64,000 nucleotides of DNA from the human T2T-CHM13v2.0 reference genome, Homo sapiens, in assembly GCF_009914755.1 (NCBI RefSeq), contig NC_060927.1; one strand, 5' to 3'. Below, in pieces: positions 1 through 13,110 of the stretch. Every line of letters begins with the position of its first letter. The stretch's first letter is position 1. The notes below the pieces were generated by a model. The model was not told where the DNA came from, made no database searches, and saw only the letters and a list, made by a program, of their open reading frames with translations. Both the position numbers and the translations under genes were made by a program.

Positions 1-506
1 TGAAATTGCTATTAGAGTCATAATAAATGTGCTAAAAATATAGAATACTTTCTCTTAAGATTCTTGGCGACTGAAAAATAATCTACCAAGAGAAAAAAAG
101 AGACCGTAACTATAGAAAGATGTCATTTCTAGTTTTACTTCACACACAAAAAAAATTTAGATTAAAATATTTTAAAATTATTGGCTTAACATAACGTACA
201 GCATCAATTACAGAAAAAGAAACATCACTATTTCTAAGGAGAAAGGGAAAAGTGTAAGAATAACAATGAATAATAAACCAGAGAATTAGTATAAAATATA
301 TTTTACATCTCAGTGGTGTAAATATAGGAATACAAGGAGAATTGGACTGTTGTTATATGAAAGGGTTGAGTGGCATTCCAAAGTGAGTAAAATTGATTAA
401 AGAATCTGACTTTTTAAGTCATTTGCCACTAATCTAAGGAAATATAATAGGCTTGGGGAAAATATCGGGAAAATTTAAGTTCCAGAATCATGCAGAGATT
501 TTAAGG

Positions 507-586
507 ATGGCTATAAGTGCCAGATCTGCAGCTGTAGCTCTACTAGGAATGATGTTCCAACATCAACATAAGGGCTGTACTCCTTG
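507..586 (+). CDS. putative coding exon 1 (MAISARSAAVALLGMMFQHQHKGCTP)
   Basis: ATG at 507 in strong Kozak context (AGGATGG). Donor TG|GTATCT at 587 leaves phase 2, matching the phase-2 start of the exon at 1215 (TG+C = Cys). Confidence 0.5.
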
Positions 587-825
587 GTATCTTATAAGCG
601 TGTGTGTGTGTGTGTTTTCATGTATACTATTAGATGCCTTTTTCTAAGACACACAGTCTATGCAGCCACCCTTACCTTTGAGGAGAATTTGTCTTAAGAG
701 ACCATTAGCCATAAAAATTTGCTTAGAACTATGAAAAGAGGTAAAAATCCTTCTAAAATCTACGGTATTATCTTTCTTTTAGGGGAAAACTTTATGCTTA
801 TAATTTGTTGTTGGTTGTGTTTTTT

Positions 826-1171
<346 letters not shown>

Positions 1172-1214
1172 TAAAACACATATATGAACACTTTAAGTGT
1201 TTTCTTTTACTCAG

Positions 1215-1359
1215 CTCCTCAGGTCAAAACACAAGTAGTCAAGAGATTTGTCCATCTAATTCATCATACTACTCTGATCCAAGTGAGACCCACACTGGGT
1301 CAGCTCCATCAAGGAGAAGAACATTCCACCCACGTTTGGATTCTGGAATATCATCCTTG
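1215..1359 (+). CDS. putative coding exon 2 (SSGQNTSSQEICPSNSSYYSDPSETHTGSAPSRRRTFHPRLDSGISSL)
   Basis: Acceptor ttttcttttactcAG, donor TTG|GTAAAT. 48 codons open in the phase-compatible frame; GC higher than flanks. Confidence 0.6.
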
Positions 1360-2315
1360 GTAAATATTTTTAATTAACTCTTTACCTGATGATAATTTTA
1401 TAGAACATATTTTATTTGATATTCAACGTTTCAAAATAAGTATATTAGCTGTTTATCCCTACCCTTGTAATTGTGAGAGGAGAAATGAAAAGTTGACACT
1501 CTCAGTTCCAATTCAAAGAGTAAAAAAGAAAGAAGTTGGATTGGAGGAAGGAAGATCAAAAAGGAGGAGAAGATGAGTAGAAAAGATAATGACCATTAAA
1601 GCCAAAATGGCACTCCTTCCTTTCTCCTGCTGAGTGCAAATTCTGTCTCTATTCTGCGATTTCCTTTCCTTTCTTTCTGGAATTTCCTTTGTCTGCAAGA
1701 TACATTTTTCTTTTTTCCTGAACTCACCACTTCTAAGACATTCTCTCTAAGCTATCTAACTGGAATCATACACGCCTTTTCCCCCTTCCCTTCATACATA
1801 ATTATTCTAGCCATCCCTCTGGCTTAAGGTGAGTTATTCAAATGTCTACCTGCCAAATTACAGAAAATTAGTTTTTCAAGCACAATTATCATGTTTTATT
1901 CAACTTTCTATCCCCAGTGTTTAACAGAATGCCTGACATATAATGTGGTAAAATATATATTTTTGAATAAAATGCGATGAAGCATGCTAGCATCAAAAAA
2001 TGTTTATTGAACAATATATTAATCAATTGGCCCATCAGAATTAAAAAAAGGAAAAATTACATGGCAAGACACAAATATTCGCTCTTCCTTTAGGAAGAAA
2101 CAACTGTCACACAGCTGCACCACTCTGACAACCTTACACAGAAATACATAAAAACATGCAGCAGCTCATTTTCCTACAATGTCAGAAGTTCCAAAATCAA
2201 CCACTTAGCTCCTTAAAAAATAAACGGGTTTTTGTACAAAAGTAGATGTCTGGTGAAAAATGAAAACTTTCCTCTCAAATACAGCTTTAGCTTAGAACAA
2301 TTTTTCTTTTCCCAG

Positions 2316-2363
2316 CACAAGCCTCATAAAATAACACAGAGGCAGTGGGTGTGGCAGTCCTAG
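2316..2363 (+). CDS. putative exon 3 (HKPHKITQRQWVWQS*), disabled: ends in TAG and in the wrong phase
   Basis: Strong acceptor tttttcttttcccAG and donor TAG|GTAACT. Phase-0 frame open for 15 codons; other two frames hit TAA early. Needs 49 nt to join the phase-1 exon at 10692. Confidence 0.55.
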   Translation, partial: HKPHKITQRQWVWQS

Positions 2364-4454
2364 GTAACTTAACTTCCAAGACATTTTTATTCTATAATAG
2401 AAGCAAGAAAAGAAAAATTCCAAACTCACATAAGGTGTTGGGAAAGAGGCTTCCATAATTATATAAACCAAACAGCCAAGAGTAGGTTGTAGGCTATATT
2501 CCTTAGTAATCTAAAATGTTTTGTGTTTATTGTTTTCCTAAAAGAATAGTACAACAGGATGATTTCATTTCTTGAAAGCACATTAACAAATCCTCAGAAT
2601 ATCTCCAAGAATTGCTCAAGCATAAGTTAACTTTTTAGTGTTACTGATAACAAGGTAGACAGCTTTTGTTACTAGTTCTATTTTTTAAATGAAGATATTG
2701 GGATATTTATTGGAGCAAGGCCAAGGTCATTCAGTGAGTAAGTAATGCAGCTAAAATATCAAAGTTAAATTATTATTAAAAAGCCAGCTCTTCTCAACTT
2801 ATTTTGGGGCAGCACTTGCCAAATTCTGCTCTAAAGAACAGAGTATTTGTTCCAAATACTTAACATTTTTTAAACTAAATATTCTGAGTTTGTTTGTACA
2901 CATGTTTAACTTTGGCTAACAGAAGAATGAATCTATGGTGTAAATATTTAATATAATATTCTTTTCAAGTAATGTGCCTTTTGTTTGTGTTAACCTTGAA
3001 ATAATAACAAGTTATATAAAACACTGGAACTTTGATTGACTACAACCTCAGTGTTAGTAAACAATTAAAATTGCCCCAAATGTGATCTTGGTACATGTTC
3101 TAGTCAGTAATATACTGTCCAGAAAAAGATAGCTTTACCTGAAATATTTCATTCAGTTTGATCTACACATTTTCAGAGCAATGTCAGTAAGTTGAAACTC
3201 TTTCCAAGAATAACCACCAAAATATTTACTAATTTATAGACCATTATCTATGAGTAATAATTGAATGACTTAGGAAGAGAATGACAACTATAATTAAACA
3301 TTTAAAACAGTAAGCATACGTGGAAGGATTCTCTGTGCAGCCTTGAAAAAATAGAACTTGTACAATTGGAGCAAGTTAGAGGGATTATGTAATAAGCAGG
3401 GTCCATGTAATGAAGACATTTTAACAATTAGAACTGTTATAAATGGAATGAGACTGCTCGTGAGATATTAAAAAATATTAAAGGATGATTTATATAAATT
3501 GGTCTAAAGGGGATCATGAATGGGTACATATATTTATTCATGCTGTCATTTACCATCAAATGTAAAACAGCTGCAGGTGTTGGGGATGCAAAATTGAATA
3601 AGAACACATAATTTAGATTGGATAAGATGATTTCCATGAGCACACCATTAGATATTTGGAGTTCAATTTGGCTAAGTGTTTGGCATGGATTTGCATTACT
3701 TTTACACACGGAAGCAAAAGAACTACATATTGCCAGATGATATAGTGTTTCTCTTCTCTCTTGTTTTAAAGCTTCCATCAGATTCTTGTAAGTACCTCAC
3801 TTGGCACAAGGTAGACATAACGTTCAAGGAAGTCAACTGCGTTGCCCAAGAGTAAGAGAAGGTAAAAGAATAAATGTGTGCCTTTTTCGTGTACATCCTC
3901 TGAATAGAATTTTTTGTGGATTAAAAGACATTACTTGAAGAAAAAAAAAAGACACCATTTGGAGGTAAAATTTTCCTTTTTCAAGACCATAGAATTGTTG
4001 ATAAGTGAAGCCACCTTTGAAGGTATATTCTTATAACTGATTATATAAATAACTAACATTCAGTAATAAATATTGGAAAATATTGAAAGATAAAGAAGAA
4101 CCTGTAACTGACTGTCCAGATTAACCACCGTGACTTTTATTTCCATTTACTTCTTACACACACATACATATATGTAATTTTTATTTCTTAAGTTTTTTCA
4201 CTTAACAGAATGATATTGTCAGCATTTCTTCCATGCCATTAAACATTACCCAAAACATACTTTTTAAAGCTTGCATACTTTTCCATCATATTAATATCAT
4301 TAAATATATTAAATATATGTAACCAATAATCGTTGTTGGAAATTTATTTACTATTTTTTATGATAACAAATAACACTGTCATTTCAACTGATGACTTTAC
4401 ATTGACTTAATTCTATATTGTTTTTTTCCAACAACATCAAAATAGAATCTAAAT

Positions 4455-5382
4455 GTGTTCATCAGTGTTCTCCAGAGAAATGGAACCAATAAAATACACC
4501 TCTCTCTCTCTCAACATATACATCTCTCTATATATATAAATCTATACATCGAGAGAGATATATATATATCTAAAGAGATAGATGATAGATAGATAGAGAG
4601 ATGAGACTTATTATAGGAATCACATGATTATAGAGACTGAGAAGTCCTACAATATGCCGTCTGTAAGCTGGAGAAACAGGGAGGCCAGTGGTAAAATTTG
4701 GTCTGTGTCTGAAGATCTGAAAATCAGGAGAGATGATAGTGTCACTCCATCAGGGTTATCAGGGGCCTCAATGGGTTGCATGATGCCTGCCCACATTGGT
4801 GAGGGCAAATCATTGCTCAGCCTGCTGATTCAAATGCTCATCTCTTCCAGAAATGCCCTCACAGGCTGTGATGGATAATTTTAGGTGTTAAATTGATTGC
4901 ATTTAAGAATAACTAGATAAACTGGTAAAGCATTATTTCTGGGAAAGTCTGTAAGGGCATTTCTGGAAGAGATTGGCATTTGAATCAGTGGATTGAGTAA
5001 GGAAGATCTGCCTCACCCAGTGTGGGTGGGCACTATCTAAGTGGTTGAGGACCTAGGGGGAACAAAAATGCAGAGAAACAATGAATTTGCTTTCTCTTTT
5101 GGAGGTGGGACACTAATCTTCTCCTGCCCTTGGACATAAGAATTCGAAGATCTCTGGCTTTTGGACTCTAGGACTTATATCAGCAGGCCGCCAGATTCTC
5201 AGGTGTTCTCAGGTCTTCATCCTCAGACTGAGTGACACCATCAGCTCTCCCGGTTCTTAGACCTTCAGACTCAGACTGAGTTACACCACTGGCTTCATGG
5301 GTTCTCCAGCTTGCAGATAGCATATGGTGGGACATCTCAGCCTCTATCATTATGTGAGCCAATTCCCATAATGACCCCCCTT

Positions 5383-5432
<50 letters not shown>

Positions 5433-5556
5433 CATATTGGTTCTGTTTCTCAGGAGAACTCTGACTAATACACAGACATATCCAGGAGTAATGTTTCACC
5501 TGTTGTCTGGGTATCCCTTAATTCAGTCAAGTTGATATCTAAAATTAACCATCACA
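4455..5556 (-). mobile_element. MLT2 (ERVL) LTR, split by a second MLT2
   Basis: ttctccagagaaatggaaccaata...aaatgccctcacag, resumes at 5473 to aaattaaccatcaca. Confidence 0.8.
4867..5472 (+). mobile_element. MLT2 (ERVL) solo LTR with (TCTA)n
   Basis: TGTGATGG...ctgactaatACA; flanks caggc/cagac (degenerate 5-bp TSD). Confidence 0.85.
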
Positions 5557-6364
5557 CTAAATAAACCAGGTAGTCTCATTTAACATTTTCACACAGCACT
5601 TTAAATTTGCTGGAATAACTATGTTTTGCTATTATTATTTTATTCTATCAGGTTTTACAAGGGTAATAGTATAACAATCTGAATAACCGCCATCTGCAGT
5701 CCTTGATATACATAATGTTTGATTTCAATAAGCAACTTTCAATAGATTATAAATTCTGTAAGAACAGAGGCCATGCATTTCTCATGTCTTTTTTTGCATC
5801 CACAAAAGCCAATGAAATAATATTAGACATAATTCCTGCTTCAGTGAGTGTTTAGTCTCCAGGAAACATCAAATCTTCGCTATCTTCCATCTATATTAGC
5901 AGATTTGCAGTAATATTGTATATTGCACAATTTTACTGTTGATTTAGGAAAAGTGGCTTTAGGTCTATTCATCTGCTCATTTTCCCTCTCAGTGGATCCC
6001 CACATGATGCTTGTCTTCTTTCACTCAAACTCAGTTGGCAAAAGAAGGGGAACTAAAATAGCGTAATTTTCTTATACTTTGAGTAAAATATGTTCTTATG
6101 CTTCAACTTTGTCAGCTCTATTTGCAGCCAAGCACTGACTCCTATTTTTAAAATGTGAGTAGATAGTACTACTAGGGATAAATCAGAGTTGTCCTTTCGG
6201 GACCTTGGGAAGATTTTTTTTTTTTTCCCAAGAGTGAGAAATTGTGAAGAATTAGGAAGGAAGGACACCAAGAGAAGTGGTGGCTGAGTGTGTCACATGT
6301 GTCAGGAGTCCTCCAGCAAAAGGAAGAGAGAGCTACGTCACAGGCTAAAGCAGGAAGGATTTTA

Positions 6365-6545
6365 GTCCTTAAGCTTTAGTGTGTGAACAAATCATCTTGA
6401 GGTGTGTGAAAAGTCAGATTCCTGGGCCCTACGCCCACTGAATCTGATGTAAGGGATGGCGCCCAGAATCCAGATTTGTAAAAAATTATCACAGGGAATT
6501 CTGTTGTAGATGATTTGAAGGCCATACTATGAGAAACACTGGTTT
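6365..6545. mobile_element. MER5-type hAT-Charlie DNA transposon fossil
   Basis: cagattcctgggccctacgcccactgaatc...gagaaacactggt. Confidence 0.65.
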
Positions 6546-9178
6546 AAGAGGTATGAAGAAAGGGAGAGAAGAAAGAAATTTGAATAGGAAGTGAATAGAC
6601 TGATAAGTAAAAATGCTGGCATGAGTGTGTGAGTGCAGAGGCAGATGGTTGATAATTGTGGCAGCCATCATAAGGCAAAAAGAAATCGTATTCTGAGCAC
6701 AAGTGCTGGGTCAGGGTTTAGAGAGAACTACAGAAACTAGAGATGACAAGGAAATAAAATGTGAGGGTAAACTGAAAATGAGCTTGTGCAGAGAATGTCC
6801 AAAGTTCTCCTTCTCTCCCTGACTTAAGTGGCCAGGTTATGTGCTGAGGTCATCACTCAGCAAAACCAATCCAATGTAATGACCATGGTGGCCATTCATG
6901 CAGAGGACATCATTGCTCTGCAGAGATAAAAGCACATTTTCCTTCTGTAGGTCATTAACAACACCCAATCTCTTGTAAGTGACTAGTCATAAAAGGACCA
7001 GAGCGTGATCTAGGGGATGGAAAACATTTGAAAAAATCCCATCTCCTCAAACCAGGGAGAAATAGATGTCCCTCCTTCATTGCTCTTAATTTTGTTTAAG
7101 TTTGTTTTGTGACATGGAGAACAAATGCTTTTCAAAAGCACTTTGAGAAGAATTACCCTCCTTCTAGATTAGATCTGGAAACACCCATCAAAGCTACTTC
7201 GGTTTATCTCAATTGCCTCAATTGTACATTCAGAAAGAGCTCATAAGACAGGAAAGGTTATCTGGTGTGTGATAAACAGCAATTGCCTAAGGCTTCGATT
7301 GCCAGATCAAGACTGACTTAAATTTTCACAATTAAATAAAGCAAAAAAGTAAACTGGTGGCAGAATTCTTTTAAAGAATAGATTCTTTCCATTCAAAAAT
7401 ATCCCGGGAAGTTAGTTCAGTGACTGCTATTATGTGTTACAAATCCAGTGAGGGGACAAAGAACAGGCTGAGAGGGAGCAAGTGAAAGTCAACATCCCTG
7501 AACTGTCAGATATTCCAGACTGTAGTTCAGCTGCTAAGATATATCTTCAATTACCAACCAAGTCTGAGAAAAAAAAGAAAAATCCAATTTAATTCAACTC
7601 CTCACAGTGGAAGTGAACTTCGGCCCCCAACTTCAAAGAAAGCTTTGAAAGCTACTTTAAAAAGAAATAATTAAAAGAGCAGAAGATCAATAACACTCAA
7701 ACAAACAATACAGGGAAGAGTTTAATAACTCTGGGTTATCTGATGTACAGAGAAAGCTGCCAAATTTGAAGTGGGGGTGGGTGAAAGACAATACAGCCTG
7801 AGGGTCTCCCTGCTCAATTAGGTGATTGCTCCAGTTTTCCACTTCTATGATTTTTAAATCCAAGCATCCTTATCAATGAAGAAGAACATTTCGTAACATA
7901 AGGATATTTTATTTGTAAGTCGGTTGAGATACTGCCTCATTCTGGGTCAAAGGATTTCCTGGGTGATAACAGCAGAGTTCATTATGAGAGAAATGACTGA
8001 AAGGGAAGTCTACACCCTGGCCTCCACCTGCCCCCGGTGTAAGAACTGATGTTCGTGCCGAAATAATAAAATACTGGACTCCCTCTTATTGCCTTCCATA
8101 AACTCTTCACAAATGAACTTACTACTTTCTATCATAGTCCACAAAAGCCCACAGGCCACAAAAGCAAAGTTTGTCTTTTGATGTCCTCAGTGTCCTTTTT
8201 CCTTTATTCTTTTACCTTTGAAATGAGGGGAGTCACGCATTCCAGAAACACAGAGTGGAGAAAGTGCATGCAAATGATACCAGATGTGACTCATAGAAAT
8301 ACACCATGATAGAGCTGGTAGGGAATTGAAGTAATTTAGTGTAGGGTTGCTTTCAGGGGCCTGGTTGACATAATATCAGAGTGAAGTTGACATAATATCA
8401 GAGGGAAGCACGAGAGAGTGTAGGGGCCTATGGCAATAAAAAAAGCCTATATTGTCCTTAAAGTACTAGAAATCAGTATTTTTGTAAAGCACCATACATG
8501 CCAAACAAACATGTTTTCTCACCAAATTCAGTTCGTGGTCAGCCCTTGATTTAGGTCTTCCCCCTATTTTTGCAGACATGAAAAACTGAAGATCAGGATA
8601 TTAAAATTAGTCATCTGGAGTCCCACATTTACCTACCAGCCAACTTCAGACTGCAAACAGGACATTCTTTCCCTAACCCTGAAAGTTGTGTGCAAACCTT
8701 ATTTGAAGGATGATAATGTTGGAAAATAGTGAGAAATGAGTTCAGAAATGGAAGTTGAGTTAAGATTATGGAAAGCCTTATCTGACAAGCTAGGATTTGT
8801 AGGCAAGAAGAAATTTCCGACATGTTTTCAGTAGTGAGTCCTGGGGTAAAAGCTGTGTTTTAGGAAGGTTGTATGGTAACGTTTGTTGTTTATATTGGAG
8901 GAGAGAATGTTGCAGGCAAGAAGATTCAAGAGAAAATAATTACAGTTTAAGTAGGAAGACATGAGAACCTGGACATTGAAAATGAAGGGACAGATTCTCA
9001 AAGGGAAAACTGCTAGGATAAGGTGACTAACTGAATTGAGACACAAAAGAGAAAGAAAATCAGGAATGACTTCACAATCCCCAAAGAGAAAATTATATGA
9101 AGATTAAATCACTATACTAGTGATTGTTCTCACTTGACTGGGCTAGAAATATTTATGTATGGTTAAAAGTTAATTCTA

Positions 9179-9504
<326 letters not shown>

Positions 9505-9751
9505 CTACCATTAATAGAAGTAACTCCCTTCTCCTTTTAATAGTTCTAGAAAGCAATTAAATTATCTGTGAACCTTGAAATATATGCCCAGAATTTAAGG
9601 TATAAAAAATAGAGATATTTTATATTTTAACTGTCACATTTTCATAGTGATGTGCTAAATCTGAATTAAAAATAAATCTATGAGTGAAATTTTAAGCTAA
9701 AGGTCATCTGCAGTAACTTAGACCATGGATAGTATAAAAAAGGACAATTTA

Positions 9752-10053
9752 GGCCTGGCGCGGTGGTTCACGCCTGTAATCCCAGCACTTTGGGAGGCCG
9801 AGGCAGGTGGATCACGAGGTCAGGAGATCGAGACCATCCTGGCTAACACAGTGAAATCCCATCTCTACTGAAAATACAAAAAATTAGCCAGGCGTGGTGG
9901 CGGGCGCCTGTAGTCCCAGCTACTCAGGAGGCTGAGACAGGAGAATGGCGTAAACCCAGGGGGCGGAGCTTGCAGTGAACCAAGATAGCGCCACTACACT
10001 CCAACCTGGGAGACAGAGCAAGACTCCGTCTCAAAAAAAAAAAAAAAAAAAAA
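9752..10053 (+). mobile_element. Alu (AluY/Sc-type)
   Basis: gatcgagaccatcctggctaaca diagnostic segment, CpG-rich, near-TSD aaaag(g/a)acaattta. Confidence 0.95.
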
Positions 10054-10691
10054 GAACAATTTAAATAACCTAATAACCTTATAACCTATATTATAGCCTT
10101 AATATAGTTTAAAAAAAAACTTTCCTTTGCTTTTTAAGCAAAGAAGATGAAAAAGAAATAAAGTTGCTGATTTGTTTCATATTTCCCCTTTTTTGTATTA
10201 CTCATCTTGTTTTGAGAGGGCTCGGTAGTAAGCCCCTCACACACAGCCACAGGCTCCTATAGCAGAAGGATAGTGAGAAAACTGAGTGGTTTAGATATTT
10301 AATAGTCATATTTTGATTAATTTATTATTGTCATAACTGTGAATCTGATTTAGTGTTGTCAAATAAGAGGTTTAGCTCAATTTTCCTTAGAAGAAATGAG
10401 AGGAAAGTTAGTTGGCAAAATTAAAAAAAAAATGATTTTCAACTATTAGAAAATGAAAAATGTGGTGAAGTCCTGGATCTTTTCCTGTCTTCAACCTTTC
10501 CCCCAACCAGGTTAGGAAGACAGGAGTGGGTTAAATCATTTTATTACTGCTCATACTATGTGGGTCAAATCATGCTTCCCCAAGTTGTGATATCTAGTGG
10601 GAGTTTCAAACAACTGGCCAATAGCAAGTGAAGATACCAGTCCTGCCCCCTAAACATACTTCCAAAATCTCAACTTGTGGTTCTTATCTAG

Positions 10692-10810
10692 GAATCTCTG
10701 AAGAAGAGCAACTTTTCAGACAGGTAGAGTGTGCCTTGCTCCCAAGGAAAAGAGTTCTTGAAAAAAACAAATGGGAAACATGGCTACAAGAAAACTGGGA
10801 AGACTGCAAG
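10692..10810 (+). CDS. exon 4 ((G)ISEEEQLFRQVECALLPRKRVLEKNKWETWLQENWEDCK)
   Basis: Acceptor ttcttatctAG, donor AAG|GTGAGA. Phase-0 end joins the exon at 12968 in frame. Confidence 0.75.
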
Positions 10811-12967
10811 GTGAGACCTTTTTCATTTAAAAAAAAAAAAAAAGCCTATTTTTCCATTGATTAAATTGTGACATCTTTTTTTTTAAAGGGAATAAATAAC
10901 ACAACTTTTAGCATCTCTTCAGAGCTTTCTGTAAAACTCCCAGTGTTTAGGCTTCTCTGTTTCTTTTTCCCCCTTCTTTTCATCATAATATGTTACATAT
11001 TTTCTAACCTTCATTTTAAGCTGATATTGCTGAACTTTGAGAATAAGTTTAAAATATTTGAGAAGAACAAAATTGTTGTTAATAATAAAAATGTCAAATG
11101 TTGGACAATAATCCATATCAATGAGTTTACAATGCAATCTGGAATCCTTTGAACGATGCATCAGGATGAAACTTTTGAGCAGCCAGCTCAAACAAAGCTA
11201 TCCTGGAATAAATCAAATTTTTCACCAGTGAGGGAGCCAGATTTTCATTTCTTGGTGCTGAAAATCACCCTGCTGACTGAGCCACTAGCATTGAAACATC
11301 CCCCGCAGTTAGTCAACCTGACCACTACAAAGCTGTGGGGCTGTGACTACTCAAGCTCCTAACTCCAACTGGATCAAGTCATGCTTAGGCAGAGGATTGA
11401 AGATTTAACTGGGGCAAGTGTTTCTGGCAATAAAAGAATAAGTCAACTTCCTCATAACAGAGTGAGAGGCTAATATTTTTGTATTTTAAAGGGATAAAAT
11501 TATACTTGAAAAGTCTAAGAAGTCTTCCAGAAGTGAAACAGAGCCTAAAACTCCTTGTTGAGGACTCGTGATGCCTCCTTTGCTTCACAGACTTACATAC
11601 CATAGAATTACGAAATTAGGGGATGAGAAGGAGCTTCACATAGGGTCTGGTTTAAATTTCTTAGTTTCAGAAAGGAAAAGGAAGTCCAGGAAGAGAACTG
11701 ACTTACCCAAAGTTATGCAATTTTTCAGGGAAAGATAAGAAAATAGAAGACTATGTCCCAGTATGGCTCTTTCTTTTCAAATTAATTTTAAGTTATTCAT
11801 ATATAATGAATGGATACAATCTAGTACAAATATAAACAACACATCTGCTTATTTATTTAAAAGATTTAAACAATACATCTAAGCCTTTGACATCCATTCC
11901 CAGACTCTCTTTAGCGGTAGTCATTTTGGTGTCTATATTCATTCCTTCTTTATACTTGCAATTTTAACCTTGGGTATACTTTAAGGTCAATGGAGCCTTG
12001 CTAATAAACTATCATAGAAAAATTAATTGTCCTTTCAATAACTATACTGTAAGAGAATGGCTAAATAAACTCTAAACTATCATAGAAAACTTAGCTGGGA
12101 AATAGTGGTACATTTTTTTAAAAACTTTTCTGAGGAGATGATTTTAATGCATAGGTGATACACATAAACTTTTATCATTTCTCAAGTTTTATTTTAAAAT
12201 AAAGACCTTGTGTGCTTTTGGAAAATAAAATTTCAAGTATCAAATTTTATAAAGTATAATATCTAAAAATATCAAGATGTTAATAACCTTTCTAAAGATA
12301 ATGTCTATATTTCCTTAAAAACAGCAAATTATCTGGCCTCAAATTTTTAAAAAAGGGGTTGTCATTCTATTCAATATTTTTATTGACAGAAATTGATGGC
12401 AAAATATGGAAATAAAAAAATTAAGTTGACTTTTAGGAATGCAGTTTACAAGAGCAATGCGACCACTGAGAGTGGTAGCAATGTATTTTACACCAAAGTT
12501 GCCTGATATTAAAAGTGAAAATAAAATATTCAGTATCTTTGAAGCACACCAAATCATTTTTAGGTATGCATCTCTAGTTACTTTAAACAAAATCATAGGT
12601 TTCATCTTCCAAATGATGTTATCTTACTCTGAAAATTTTATAAATGTGATTTCTGAGAATTTCCAAGTGAGGCTAATGATTACTGATCGTGTAAAGCAGT
12701 CAGAAATTTATCCTTTCCATTCTACACCCCTAGAAAATCTCAGAATCTGCTTGAGAATCCGGTCCTTCTTCCTCCATACACCCATGGAACACTCCCAAAC
12801 TCTGTATGCTGCTCACTAATTCTGATTAAGGTCTTCACCCTCCCTACCTTGGAAATTGCTACAACATAATTGTGTTTGTATGTATAATTAATATATACAA
12901 TACATTTTAAATGAATAACTAAAGTTGACAAAAACCTCACTTTTTTCTTTTATTTGTTTTTCCTCAG

Positions 12968-13110
12968 AATTTGAACATTTCATTTCAGGGTTTGGGGGAT
13001 CCTTACCAAGTTGAAAATTTTAACAGAATTCTTAGAAGACTAATTCGAGTTGAAACCCTCTGGTTAGTGGATAATTCACTGGTGGACTTAAGTGCCATAA
13101 GATTGCCAAG
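12968..13110 (+). CDS. exon 5, LRRs ([47 protein letters not shown])
   Basis: Long pyrimidine tract ending tcctcAG, donor AAG|GTATCT. LRR motif [11 protein letters not shown]. Confidence 0.85.

Noticed and set aside
290-485. TATA-like words and a possible acceptor (ttccAG, 485) before the ATG at 507
   Set aside because: AT-rich background makes these uninformative; promoter and transcription start cannot be placed.
2345-2358. Alternative GT donors within exon 3 that might restore frame
   Set aside because: GTs at 2345, 2349, 2351 and 2357 give phases 2, 0, 2, 2; none supplies the phase 1 needed by the 10692 acceptor.
8364-8403. 18-bp direct repeat gttgacataatatcagag
   Set aside because: Two copies only; ordinary slippage duplication.
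12339-12940. 126-aa and overlapping ORFs in intron 4
   Set aside because: No domain similarity or convincing phase-compatible splice sites; exons 4 and 5 already join in frame.
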